This document shows positions 30,636-40,899 of a stretch of 64,000 bases of DNA, one piece after another (within the stretch, counting starts at the first letter, position 1; every line of letters begins with the position of its first letter). This DNA is from an uncultured Bacteroidales bacterium (GTDB lineage Bacteria > Bacteroidota > Bacteroidia > Bacteroidales > UBA10428). The translations under genes were made by a program, and so were the position numbers. The notes under the pieces are model-generated. The model worked only from the letters and a program-made list of their open reading frames with translations. It was not told the origin of the DNA and did not search any database. Location: positions 7,008 through 71,007 of the forward strand of contig CAYWUI010000007.1 of assembly GCA_964461435.1 (NCBI GenBank), written 5' to 3'.

Positions 30636-30690
30636 ATGACTATTAATAGCTCTAATGCTAACGGCATAATATTATAATTAGCGGCATTTT

Positions 30691-31380
30691 ATGAAACCAG
30701 TAATTATTTCCCTTATAATTATACTTTCTGTTTCCGGAAATTTGTTTCCTCAGGCATCACAAGAAAAAAATTATTACTCTGATTTAAGTCTTAAGAATTT
30801 CAGAAAGGAACAGTTATTTCACGAAAAGATAGATTTTGAAAATATTGATTACCGGAGGCTGCACGCGGCAATTTTCTTTGTCACAAATGAAGAAAGAGCC
30901 AAAAAAAATCTGACTTTCCTTGAATATGCTCCGGAACTGGAAAAAGTTGCCATTATGCATTCAAGAGATATGAACAGGGATTCTTTTTTCAGCCATTTTA
31001 ATCCTGCTGATAAAAAGAAAAAAACTCCCAATGACAGGGCCGTCCTGGCAGGAATATTAAATCCGTACCTTGCTGAGAATATTGCCACCTGCCACGGGTT
31101 AACTTATGTATCGGGGACCAATGTATTTATAAGGGGTGACGGACAGTTCAGCTACAAGACGGACGGTGAGTTAATACCTCCTCACACTTATCTGTCCCTC
31201 GCCGAATCGGTAGTAGAAAACTGGATGAATTCAAAAGGACACAGGAAAAATATCCTGCTTGATACTGCCCTGCAACTGGGATGTGGTTCAGATTTTTATC
31301 GTGACGCGCACTTTAACAACATGCCTTCGTTTATGGTAACACAAAATTTTCAGCTATACGTGAAAATTAAATCAAAATAA
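30691..31380 (+). CDS. CAP (SCP/PR-1, YkwD-like) domain secreted protein
   Basis: 229 aa with a signal peptide. CAP motifs are MHSRDMNRDSFFSH and WMNSKGHRKNIL. Confidence 0.8.
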   Translation: MKPVIISLIIILSVSGNLFPQASQEKNYYSDLSLKNFRKEQLFHEKIDFENIDYRRLHAAIFFVTNEERAKKNLTFLEYAPELEKVAIMHSRDMNRDSFFSHFNPADKKKKTPNDRAVLAGILNPYLAENIATCHGLTYVSGTNVFIRGDGQFSYKTDGELIPPHTYLSLAESVVENWMNSKGHRKNILLDTALQLGCGSDFYRDAHFNNMPSFMVTQNFQLYVKIKSK

Positions 31381-31452
31381 TACCTCGTTATAATTTAATA
31401 ACTGAAAAATACTCCCGATAAGCGGAATAATAACCTTCTAATTTAATAATCT

Positions 31453-31716
31453 TCAGACCTTTTCTTTGATTTTCTTTGTAGAATGAGCTTTTAAAACCCT
31501 GAGGTTTCTGCCGGCAACTTCTTTGCCATCAAGGGTCTTAATCGCCTCCATAGCCTCCTTTTTGTCAGGCATTTCAATGAATGCAAATCCCTTTGATCTT
31601 CCTGTTCTTTTGTCTCTTATTATCTTTACAGTTTCAACTGTACCTAAAACCTCGAATATTTTTTGAATTTCAGCTTCTCCCAGTGAGTAGTTAATGTTAC
31701 CAACGTAAATAGTCAT
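31453..31716 (-). CDS. RRM-type RNA-binding protein
   Basis: 87 aa. RNP2 is IYVGNI and RNP1 is KGFAFIEM. Confidence 0.9.
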   Translation of the reverse strand: MTIYVGNINYSLGEAEIQKIFEVLGTVETVKIIRDKRTGRSKGFAFIEMPDKKEAMEAIKTLDGKEVAGRNLRVLKAHSTKKIKEKV

Positions 31717-31858
31717 AATGCGAATTGTTGAGATTAGTAAAATAATATATACAAGTTAACAAATATTTTTTTTAAAAAGCAATTTTAAAACAACAAAAAA
31801 ATATTTTTTTAACTGACTGTATTCACCTTAATAGAATCTGTTTTAACCGATTATGCTG

Positions 31859-32872
31859 TTAATAATCCTGTATTTCACTTAATGTTGCTACCATAACAGC
31901 CTTAATGGTATGAATGCGGTTCTCGGCCTCATCAAATACAACAGACTTATCAGACTCAAATACATCCTCTGTGACCTCCATTGAATCCAATCCGTATTTC
32001 CGGTATATCTCTTCTCCTACTTTTGTTTCCCTGTTATGGAAGGCAGGGAGACAATGCAGAAATTTTACTTTCGGATTTCCCGTCATTTTTATAACATCCG
32101 TATTAACCTGAAAAGCCTTTAATAATTTTATTCTTTCTGCCCAGGTCGAGGATGGTTCTCCCATGGAAACCCATACATCCGTATATAGGAAATCAACATC
32201 CTTTACAGCGTTTTCAATTTTATCAGTAATATATATTGATGCTCCTGATTTATCAGCTATATCCTTACATTTTTCCACCAGTTCCTTTTTAGGATGACAC
32301 TGTACAGGTGCAGCCGCCCTGAAATCCATTCCCATTATTGCAGCTCCTGCCATTAGGGAATTTCCCATGTTATTCCTTGAATCACCGAGATAACAAAATT
32401 TAATTTCATTCAGAGGTTTTTCAGCATGCTCCATCATAGTAAAAAAATCTGCCAGCACCTGTGTAGGATGAAATTCATCAGTAAGCCCGTTCCATACCGG
32501 TACCCCTGCATATCTTGCAAGTTCTTCAACTGTATACTGGCTGAATCCCCTGTATTCAATGCCGTCATACATTCTTCCCAGTACCCTCGCCGTATCTTTC
32601 ATTGATTCCTTATGTCCTATCTGGGATCCGCCGCTATCAAGATATGTGACATTTGCTCCCTGATCAAAGGCAGCCACTTCAAAAGCACACCTTGTTCTCG
32701 TTGATGTTTTCTCAAAAATTAACGCAATGTTTTTACCTTTGAGAAATTGCTTCTCTTTACCTTTATATTTTGCCTTCTTTAATTTTTCTGATAATTCCAG
32801 TAAGAATTTAATTTCATCCTGCGAAAAATCAAGGAGTTTTACAAAATTTCTTTTTCCCAGATTAATTACCAT
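31859..32872 (-). CDS. argF: Ornithine carbamoyltransferase (canonical ArgF/ArgI/ArcB type)
   Basis: 337 aa. Motifs present are [13 protein letters not shown] (carbamoyl-P), [18 protein letters not shown] (ornithine SMG loop) and HCLPAFH. It is collinear with E. coli ArgI over the N-terminal 150 aa as I recall that sequence. Confidence 0.9.
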   Translation of the reverse strand: MVINLGKRNFVKLLDFSQDEIKFLLELSEKLKKAKYKGKEKQFLKGKNIALIFEKTSTRTRCAFEVAAFDQGANVTYLDSGGSQIGHKESMKDTARVLGRMYDGIEYRGFSQYTVEELARYAGVPVWNGLTDEFHPTQVLADFFTMMEHAEKPLNEIKFCYLGDSRNNMGNSLMAGAAIMGMDFRAAAPVQCHPKKELVEKCKDIADKSGASIYITDKIENAVKDVDFLYTDVWVSMGEPSSTWAERIKLLKAFQVNTDVIKMTGNPKVKFLHCLPAFHNRETKVGEEIYRKYGLDSMEVTEDVFESDKSVVFDEAENRIHTIKAVMVATLSEIQDY

Positions 32873-33231
32873 TTGTATAAATATTTATTTTGAATTTATA
32901 AATATAATATTTTAATTACCCATTACCTGCAATATAATAAAGCTGGCATTAACAAAATACACTGTTATTCAAGACTTAAATAAACTTCAAATATACGGAA
33001 TATTTATTAACTATTGTAATGATATTGAATGGATTTTGTGAATATTTATACATATTTTTATTTTATGACTAATTTTTAAAAAAATGTTATATTAGATTTT
33101 TCTTAATCAAGTTAATTATATGATTGGTATTATGATTTTATAATATCATCAAACAACAAAGAAAGAACCTAACAAACAGATTAATCAAACGTATATTTTC
33201 GAAAATTATTTAACTTCCCTAAAATAAAGAA

Positions 33232-33912
33232 ATGAAATATTTGCTGGTGGCAGTACCTTTTCTATTACTCCTGACTACATGTAAAAGAGGCGATTATGAA
33301 GATAAGTACAGTAACGGTCTTATTGAATATAAAATAAATTACCTCGAAAATGAACTGACGGAGATATCGCCAAGCTTACTGCCAAAAAAGATGAAGCTGG
33401 AATTTAGCCCCAATTATTCTACAAATACAATAGAAGGCTTTATGGGGTTTTTTAAACTTAGTAACCACACAAATTTCAGGCATAAAAAGTGCGTTACCTT
33501 ATTGGAAGTCCTGAATAAAAAATACCTGTTTAAAGGTAAGAAAGGTGAGTCAATGTGCTGCTTCGATGAAAATCCTGATATGGAAATTGAATATACAGAT
33601 GAAATAAAAGAAATAGCAGGTTTTAAATGTAAAAAAGTGATTGTCACATTGCCCGGACAAAATGATACATTTGACGTTTATTATACCAATGAAATATCCA
33701 TAGCAAAACCGAATTCTGTTAATCCTTACTACCAGATTGATGGTGTATTAATGGAATTCCAGCTTAAGCTTGCTTATTTAAAAATGCGGTTTACTGCAGA
33801 AAAATTTGTGCCAATTCAGAATAACAAAATCAAGGAATTCACTGTGCCTGATAATTACCGTGAAGTTACCAGAGAACAGATGACTTATATCATTAAGCGG
33901 CTCATGGAATAA
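33232..33912 (+). CDS. Hypothetical lipoprotein (possibly related to the GLPGLI/DUF4412-like fold family)
   Basis: 226 aa. Lipobox LLLLTTC. The segment IAGFKCKKVIVTLPGQNDTFDVYYTNEISIAKPNSVNPYYQIDGVLMEF resembles the I.G..C.KA...a.YT..I....P..f.GLPGLI pattern. The resemblance is weak. Confidence 0.45.
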   Translation: MKYLLVAVPFLLLLTTCKRGDYEDKYSNGLIEYKINYLENELTEISPSLLPKKMKLEFSPNYSTNTIEGFMGFFKLSNHTNFRHKKCVTLLEVLNKKYLFKGKKGESMCCFDENPDMEIEYTDEIKEIAGFKCKKVIVTLPGQNDTFDVYYTNEISIAKPNSVNPYYQIDGVLMEFQLKLAYLKMRFTAEKFVPIQNNKIKEFTVPDNYREVTREQMTYIIKRLME

Positions 33913-34035
33913 CTGCCCGATAACTTATTAACCGCTGCCTGTTATTAACTTTAGTAATAAAATCTTTTATTATTTTAATTTGAATCAAACACTTATTAAT
34001 TTTAAGGCATATTTATGATGCTTTAAAATTCATCA

Positions 34036-36414
34036 ATGGGCAGGAAAAAAAATCCGGACAGCAATAATGCAAAAAAGGGGGCAATAGGTTCTTTTTTGAA
34101 AGATGAAAGATTCGGATTTACTGTCGGATTAATAATCACTTGTTTTTCAATCCTGATTTTTCTTTCATTGATTTCCTATCTCTTTACATGGACAAAAGAT
34201 TCTGAATTTAAGTGCGGTGAAGTATTTTCAGGCGGACAGGTCTATAACTGGGCAGGCAAGGTCGGGGCATGTCTTGCCACCCTGCTTATTGAAAGATGGT
34301 TCGGCATTGTTTCATTCTCAATTCCTTTTATGATCCTTATCCTGGGCCTGTCACTATTGAACATAAAAGTGCTGCCCCTGGGCAAAACAATCAGGATTAC
34401 ACTTTTAGGAACAATTATTCTTTCAGTATGGTTTGCATTTATATTTAAAGAGTATGACACTTCAGAAGGTCAGTTCATATTATTCAGGTATGGTCTGGGA
34501 GGTGGTCACGGGTCTTATGTAAGTGAATGGCTAATTGGATTCATAGGCAAAATAGGTACGGCATTTTTGTTGCTTATAGCAACTTTTGCACTTATTATTT
34601 TCTCGTTTAAAAACTCATTCGGACTGTTAAAGTCTTTTTTTAACTATTTACTTAAAAAAACCGTAAATATTTCTTCAGCAAAAGTAGAAGATAATAAAAC
34701 AGGTTCGGTGGAAATAGAGCTCGATACCGGCAACAAATCCGAAGACCTGGTTTTCGAGACGGAATTTCCCCTGAGAGAATCCGCTGATAATGATAATGCA
34801 ACAGATAAAATAACCGGTGTACACGAAGAGAATAAGACTATAACCGGAGAAAGTAAAAATTACAAAGATGAACCTGACGATCTGATAAATATTGAAGAAC
34901 TGGAGGATTATGATCCTACGCTGGAGCTCAGCAGTTTCAGGCTCCCCTCACTGGATCTGCTCGAAAAATATGAGAACCGCGACTCAAATGTCACAAACGA
35001 AGAGCTTATAAACAATAAAAATAAGATTGTTGAAACCCTGGCTCACTACAAAATAAAAATTAATAAAATTAAGGCAACGATAGGGCCTGCAGTAACTTTA
35101 TACGAGATAGTTCCTGCCCCGGGTGTCCGCATTTCAAGGATTACGAGTCTTGAAGACGATATAGCGTTGAATCTAGCCGCACTTGGCATAAGAATTATTG
35201 CTCCAATACCTGGCAGGGGTACTATTGGAATAGAGGTTCCGAATCAAAATCCGGAGATAGTATCTATACGGTCTATCTTAAGTTCAAGAAAATTTCAGGA
35301 ATCCGATTTTGATTTAACTATTGCACTCGGCAAGACAATATCTAATGAAACCTATGTCTTTGACCTGACAAAGATGCCTCATTTGCTGGTGGCCGGGGCA
35401 ACCGGACAAGGCAAGTCAGTGGGGCTGAATACAATAATTGCTTCCCTGCTGTTCAAGAATCACCCGGCAAAACTAAAACTTGTTCTAATTGACCCTAAGA
35501 AAGTTGAGCTTACTTTATATTCAAAAATTGAAAAGCATTACCTTGCCAAAGTTCCTGATATCGAAGATGCTATAATTAACGGGACACAGAATGTGATCTA
35601 TACACTAAACTCGCTGACTGTTGAAATGGACCAGCGATATGATCTGCTGAAAAAGGCACAGGTAAGGAATATTAAAGAATATAATCAGAAGTTTATCAAA
35701 CGTATGCTGAATCCTGAAAAGGGACACCGCTATATGCCATATATTGTGGTAATAATAGATGAGTTTGCCGATCTGATAATGATAGCGGGCAAGGAAGTGG
35801 AAATGCCTCTGGCCCGGCTGGCCCAGCTGGCGAGAGCCATAGGAATTCACCTGGTTATAGCTACACAAAGGCCCACAACAAATATAATCACAGGAATTAT
35901 TAAAGCCAATTTCCCGGCAAGGATGGCCTTCAGGGTAACATCCATGATTGATTCAAGAACAATACTCGACACCCCGGGAGCCAACCAGCTTGTCGGAAGA
36001 GGCGATATGCTGTTTGCCCAGGGAAATGATATGATAAGGCTCCAATGTGCATTTATTGACATACCGGAGATTGAAAAAATTACCGAATATATCGGTTCCC
36101 AGCAAGGTTTTACAACAGCTATGTACTTACCTGAATATGTTGAAGAAAGCACACTTGAAACTGCTGACGTTGATTTATCAAAACGTGACAGCCTGTTTAA
36201 CGAGGCAGCAAGACTTGTAGTCATTCATCAGCAGGGTTCAACGTCGTTGATACAAAGAAAATTTTCTATAGGTTATAACCGCGCAGGGCGTATCATCGAC
36301 CAGCTCGAGGCAGCGGGCATAGTGGGACCGTTTGAGGGTAGCAAAGCCCGGCAGGTTCTGTTCTCTGATGAATATTCCCTGGAACAGTTTTTGAACTCTC
36401 TTGATAATAAATAA
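34036..36414 (+). CDS. ftsK: DNA translocase FtsK/SpoIIIE
   Basis: 792 aa. It has N-terminal TM helices and an acidic linker. Walker A is GATGQGKS and Walker B is VVIIDEFADL. A C-terminal gamma winged-helix domain is present (SLIQRKFSIGYNRAGRIIDQLE). Confidence 0.95.
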   Translation: MGRKKNPDSNNAKKGAIGSFLKDERFGFTVGLIITCFSILIFLSLISYLFTWTKDSEFKCGEVFSGGQVYNWAGKVGACLATLLIERWFGIVSFSIPFMILILGLSLLNIKVLPLGKTIRITLLGTIILSVWFAFIFKEYDTSEGQFILFRYGLGGGHGSYVSEWLIGFIGKIGTAFLLLIATFALIIFSFKNSFGLLKSFFNYLLKKTVNISSAKVEDNKTGSVEIELDTGNKSEDLVFETEFPLRESADNDNATDKITGVHEENKTITGESKNYKDEPDDLINIEELEDYDPTLELSSFRLPSLDLLEKYENRDSNVTNEELINNKNKIVETLAHYKIKINKIKATIGPAVTLYEIVPAPGVRISRITSLEDDIALNLAALGIRIIAPIPGRGTIGIEVPNQNPEIVSIRSILSSRKFQESDFDLTIALGKTISNETYVFDLTKMPHLLVAGATGQGKSVGLNTIIASLLFKNHPAKLKLVLIDPKKVELTLYSKIEKHYLAKVPDIEDAIINGTQNVIYTLNSLTVEMDQRYDLLKKAQVRNIKEYNQKFIKRMLNPEKGHRYMPYIVVIIDEFADLIMIAGKEVEMPLARLAQLARAIGIHLVIATQRPTTNIITGIIKANFPARMAFRVTSMIDSRTILDTPGANQLVGRGDMLFAQGNDMIRLQCAFIDIPEIEKITEYIGSQQGFTTAMYLPEYVEESTLETADVDLSKRDSLFNEAARLVVIHQQGSTSLIQRKFSIGYNRAGRIIDQLEAAGIVGPFEGSKARQVLFSDEYSLEQFLNSLDNK

Positions 36415-36423
36415 TTATTCTTT

Positions 36424-37071
36424 ATGCAAAAGTATATCCTGGTACTAATTATACTGTTATTCACTAAATATTCACTGTGCCAGCAGGATCCGGCAGCCCG
36501 CGATATACTCGACAGGGTGGCAGAAAAATCGAAATCGTATAAATCGGTTCAGGCTGACTATGAACTGGTAATTGAAGACCGTAAAGAAGATATGAAATCA
36601 GAAAGCAAGGGGCATATAATTATTAAGAAAGACAAATATAAACTGGAATCCACTGAATCAACAATATTTTATGACGGCAAGACAATGTGGACCTATACGG
36701 AAGAAACCCAGGAGGTTGTAATATCAGAGCCTGACACCCTTGATGAAAATTTCCTTAGCAACCCGGTAAAAATATTCGATTCTTATAACAGGGATTTCAA
36801 ATACAGGTACGACGGGGAAATAATGGCTGACAACGTTAAGGTACATGAGATTCACCTGTTTCCAAAAAATCTGGACCAGCCATATTCGAGAATTATATTA
36901 TATGTTGATGCAAACAAAAACCTTCTGTCAGGTATAAAGCTCGTTGGTAAAGACGGCGTTGATTATAGCATATCTCTTGGCAATTATATTACGGATGAAA
37001 ACATTGATGATTCAGTGTTTATCTTCGACGTCTCCAAACATAAAAAGGCAGAAATAATTGATCTCAGATAA
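36424..37071 (+). CDS. lolA: LolA-like outer-membrane lipoprotein carrier protein
   Basis: 215 aa with a signal peptide. The start DPAARDILDRVAEK...YKSVQADYELV is typical. The ftsK-lolA adjacency is conserved. Confidence 0.8.
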   Translation: MQKYILVLIILLFTKYSLCQQDPAARDILDRVAEKSKSYKSVQADYELVIEDRKEDMKSESKGHIIIKKDKYKLESTESTIFYDGKTMWTYTEETQEVVISEPDTLDENFLSNPVKIFDSYNRDFKYRYDGEIMADNVKVHEIHLFPKNLDQPYSRIILYVDANKNLLSGIKLVGKDGVDYSISLGNYITDENIDDSVFIFDVSKHKKAEIIDLR

Positions 37072-37091
37072 AACAAGATTAACTTTGCCTG

Positions 37092-39245
37092 CTAAGCGGG
37101 ATATACAATTCTTGCGTGATATATATTTTTGAGTCTTTTTGTGAATACCTCTTTGATAGTTGTAATATCTCTGAATGTAATATTCGCATTATTGTATTGT
37201 TCTTCCTTTTGCTGGTAACTGATAATATTTTCCACAGTCTTTTCAAGTGTTTTCTCATTAATTGTTTTCAGACTCCTGGATGCAGCTTCAACTGCATCAG
37301 CCATCATCATTATTGCTGTTTCTTTTGAAAAAGGCTTTGGCCCCGGATATGAAAATTTCCTGACATCCACTTCTTCCTCGGGATATTTTTTTATATATGA
37401 TCGGTAAAAATACTGTACTGTGGTCGTGCCGTGATGAGTCCTTATAAAATCGATAATAGCCTGCGGCAATTTGTTCTTCCTCGCTATTTCCAATCCGTTT
37501 TCAACATGGCGTATAATTATTTTAGCACTCTCTTCAAACTCCAGATTATCATGAGGATTAATATCAGAAGATTGATTTTCAATATAGTATATAGGATTGG
37601 TCATCTTCCCTATATCATGATACAGAGCTGCTGTCCGTACCAGTAAAGGATTACCGCCGATCTTGATTGTTGCCTCCTCGGCTAAATTTGCGACCTGCAG
37701 GGAATGCTGAAAAGTACCCGGCGCGGTCTCTGCAAGTTTTCTTAATAAGGGCTGGTTGGTGTCGGATAATTCAAATAAGGTGGCATCGGAAAGAAATCCG
37801 AAAGTCTTTTCGAAAACATACATTAAAGGATAAGCTATAAGAATCAGTATTCCATTTATGCCGAACCAGGCAAAGCTTGTAAGATCTTCGGTGGTCATAT
37901 TTGCAACATTCCCCTCCTTCACAATCATGATACCAAAATAGAGTGCGCAATATGTGATAAAGACCAACAGTGCCGTAATAACCAGCTTTGACCTCCTGTA
38001 AAGATTTGTCAGACTGAAAATTGCTACCATACCCGCTATAGAATTAAGGAAGACAAACTCGAAGCTGTTCGGGGCAAAAAAGCCTATTAACAGTATTGCT
38101 ATAAAATGAATAAATAAAGCCAGGCGTGCGTCATAGAATGTCTTCAAAATAATTGGCAAAATTACAAACGGAATAACATAGATATTTATAAGATTAAGCC
38201 TTGTTATTAAGCTTGCTATGAGAATGATTAAGATAAAAAGAAATAATATAAATCCGGTCCTCAGACTATCACTTAATACTTCTTTCCTGAAGTTATAAAG
38301 GAACAAGAATATGACCAGCATTGACAGAGAAACCAGGATAAGTTTGCCAAGCTTGACCAGCTGATTTGTCATAAAACCCAGCTGCTGTTCATATTCGACT
38401 TTCAGTGACTCCAGAATTCTGAGTTTTTCATTTGTGACAACTTCCCCGTTTGAAATTATGAGCTGCCCCTTCTGTATCATACCGCGGGTCAGTGATATTT
38501 TGTCAATAATCTCCTTCTGTGCCCGCATTGACTTACTTTCATCATAGTTGACATTTACTTTTATAAAGCTATTAAGGTCAAATTGCTTAAAAAAACCACG
38601 GTACCTTTTAGTATAATATGTATTATTATCAATCAGATACTGGTTCAGACTCATTTTCATATATTCGTAAGCCGACCTGGTTGTAAAAATATCCTCAAGC
38701 TCTATTTCCTCACTTATATTCCCTTTTATAACATATACAGAAGTTATGTCCCTGTTGAGCTTTTCCTCCAAATCACCTATTTCTATTATACCTTTTAAAT
38801 AGATTTTTTGCAGCTGCCCGGATAAATAATCCCTTATTTGCACGCCCATTTCAATTAAGCTGTTGAACTTTCCACTGTTGAGGTATTCTTTCTCACTTCT
38901 AATTCCGAACTCATTTATAGTATATTCCGACCACCTTCTGTCAAATGTTTCTTCAAATTTTTCAAGTTGATCGGTACCTATGTATGCGTCGAATGTAAAA
39001 TAAGGCTTAAAAAACCTCATAACCGAGTCTCTTTCCTTGGCAAGCCTCGATTCTGATTTATAAACAGGGAAGTCAAAAGGTGCTTTCAGGTCATCATGTT
39101 TCCAAACCTCCATTTTCCTGAATTCATATTTGAATTTACCCTGCCTCGGGAATAAATAGACTATTATTAATGCACTGATAATGAATAGAAAAATAACAGT
39201 TATTAATCTTATGTTTTCTCTTATATATTTAAAAAACTTATTCAT
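37092..39245 (-). CDS. 7TM-receptor-HD (HDIG) phosphohydrolase, PgpH/YqfF-like
   Basis: 717 aa. It has an N-terminal anchor, an extracytoplasmic domain, 7 TM helices and a C-terminal HD domain (HSLQVANLAE, ALYHDIGK, THHGTT). Confidence 0.88.
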   Translation of the reverse strand: MNKFFKYIRENIRLITVIFLFIISALIIVYLFPRQGKFKYEFRKMEVWKHDDLKAPFDFPVYKSESRLAKERDSVMRFFKPYFTFDAYIGTDQLEKFEETFDRRWSEYTINEFGIRSEKEYLNSGKFNSLIEMGVQIRDYLSGQLQKIYLKGIIEIGDLEEKLNRDITSVYVIKGNISEEIELEDIFTTRSAYEYMKMSLNQYLIDNNTYYTKRYRGFFKQFDLNSFIKVNVNYDESKSMRAQKEIIDKISLTRGMIQKGQLIISNGEVVTNEKLRILESLKVEYEQQLGFMTNQLVKLGKLILVSLSMLVIFLFLYNFRKEVLSDSLRTGFILFLFILIILIASLITRLNLINIYVIPFVILPIILKTFYDARLALFIHFIAILLIGFFAPNSFEFVFLNSIAGMVAIFSLTNLYRRSKLVITALLVFITYCALYFGIMIVKEGNVANMTTEDLTSFAWFGINGILILIAYPLMYVFEKTFGFLSDATLFELSDTNQPLLRKLAETAPGTFQHSLQVANLAEEATIKIGGNPLLVRTAALYHDIGKMTNPIYYIENQSSDINPHDNLEFEESAKIIIRHVENGLEIARKNKLPQAIIDFIRTHHGTTTVQYFYRSYIKKYPEEEVDVRKFSYPGPKPFSKETAIMMMADAVEAASRSLKTINEKTLEKTVENIISYQQKEEQYNNANITFRDITTIKEVFTKRLKNIYHARIVYPA

Positions 39246-39431
39246 TGAATGAATATTTGAATATTTAATTTATAATCTGATAAAATTGTTCTAATTTCAA
39301 TCTTTTAATATCGAAAAGAAAACCTAAAACTTTACAAAATAAGTAAAAATTTAGGCTTATTTATTTGATAAACAGTAAATATTTATATAAGTTCATTTTT
39401 TCGCTATCATAAAATTCCTGATTTACTGACA

Positions 39432-40220
39432 ATGGAATACGGAATAGCCCTTTTAAGTATCATACCTGTAAGAAAAGAAAGCAGCGAGAAGAGTGAGATG
39501 ACGAGCCAGCTTCTATTCGGAGAGTGTTTCAGAATACTGGAAATGAAAAACAACTGGGTTTTAATTGAATCATTATTTGATAATCACCAGGGATGGGCAG
39601 ATGAAATAATGATCACTGAGATCAGCAGGGATACATTTAACATGCTGGCTTCCGGAGCTTTTTTAACTATCAGGCAGAAAACAATTGATATAATACTGGC
39701 AGACAACTCCGTTCTACCGGTTTTTGCAGGCAGCACGATACCATTTTTTGATAAATACTCAGGCAAATTTGCTATTGAAGGCAGGGAATTCAGGATATCT
39801 GAAAAGCTTCATTGCCCCGGTATTAAAAATATCAGACAGGAAATTGAGAATATTGCGTTATTGTATTATAATTCTCCCTACCTGTGGGGAGGCCGTTCAC
39901 CATGGGGAATCGACTGTTCAGGATTAACACAGATAGCATTCAAGATATGCGGGATCAAGCTCCCCAGAAATTCATATCAGCAGGCTGAGTGTGGCAAACC
40001 TGTTGCAGACCTTAAGCGTTCAAAAAAAGGTGATCTTGCATTCTTCACAAAAGGCAGTCCGGTTGAAATCACCCATACTGGCATATTGCTTGAGCAAGAC
40101 AGGATTATTCATGCCTCGGGCAGGGTAAGAACAGACATGATTGACGAAAAAGGAATATTTAATGAAGAACGGGATGCTTATACACACAGGCTTGTGACTA
40201 TAAGAAATGTGATTGACTAA
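39432..40220 (+). CDS. NlpC/P60 (C40) cell-wall peptidase with N-terminal SH3b-like domains
   Basis: 262 aa. The catalytic Cys motif is GIDCSGL. The downstream His motifs are ITHTGILL and IIHAS. Confidence 0.88.
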   Translation: MEYGIALLSIIPVRKESSEKSEMTSQLLFGECFRILEMKNNWVLIESLFDNHQGWADEIMITEISRDTFNMLASGAFLTIRQKTIDIILADNSVLPVFAGSTIPFFDKYSGKFAIEGREFRISEKLHCPGIKNIRQEIENIALLYYNSPYLWGGRSPWGIDCSGLTQIAFKICGIKLPRNSYQQAECGKPVADLKRSKKGDLAFFTKGSPVEITHTGILLEQDRIIHASGRVRTDMIDEKGIFNEERDAYTHRLVTIRNVID

Positions 40221-40229
40221 TATTTGCCA

Positions 40230-40829
40230 TCAGTAAATAACTATCTCATCCAGACTCCTTTTAGGTACATGATGGACATTATTTTCATCCCTCCAGTACC
40301 GGATGTTTCCTGTATCATTAACCTCTTCCAGTATTATTTGTTCATTTGGTTTGCCCAGCGCTATTACCAGGGGTATCTGGTACTGCATCGGAATTTTCAG
40401 ATCTTTTCTTAAACCAGGTCTGTCCAGGGAACCGATCATACAACCGCCAAGGCCCTTTTCAACAGCTCCGAGAAGTATGCTTTGAGCAGCAATGCCTACA
40501 TCTACTTCAATAGTAGAGTGTATTTCCGTATCTCCCAGGATAATTATATAACCCCCCGGCCTCTCCCCTTCCCCTGGCCCATCCCAGTCTTTCAGATAAT
40601 ATGCCCACTTAAGGTGCTTAAATATCCTGGAATTCTTCTGCCCGTCAACTGACAGGAGAAATTTTAATCCCTGAATATTACCGCTTGATGCCGATAACCT
40701 CGCAAAATCCACAAGCTCTTTCATGGTATCCATATCCAGCTTATAATCCTGTTTGAATCTGCGGTAGCTCCTGTTCTTTATTATCAGGTACTTAAATTCC
40801 ATTATTATTTTAGGTGTTTGTTTAATCAA
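40230..40829 (-). CDS. Nitroreductase-family flavoprotein
   Basis: 199 aa. RSYRRF near the N-terminus and the overall pattern are typical of the NADH-oxidase/nitroreductase fold. Confidence 0.8.
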   Translation of the reverse strand: MIKQTPKIIMEFKYLIIKNRSYRRFKQDYKLDMDTMKELVDFARLSASSGNIQGLKFLLSVDGQKNSRIFKHLKWAYYLKDWDGPGEGERPGGYIIILGDTEIHSTIEVDVGIAAQSILLGAVEKGLGGCMIGSLDRPGLRKDLKIPMQYQIPLVIALGKPNEQIILEEVNDTGNIRYWRDENNVHHVPKRSLDEIVIY

Positions 40830-40899
40830 ATATAATTTATTTTTGTTTACTATTATTAATTATATTTATTGTCTTAATAAGCATAAAAAAAGAAATAAT

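Noticed and set aside
30323-30667. 114-aa ORF antisense to the DUF456-like membrane protein
   Set aside because: The sense ORF gives regular Gly-rich TM helices and sits 13 nt after subunit K. The antisense product is a P/I/N-rich mirror with no features.
40843-40899. ORF-track TTG start for trxB
   Set aside because: It begins only 13 nt from the divergent nitroreductase start and adds a non-conserved 19-aa extension. ATG 40900 gives a normal TrxB N-terminus.
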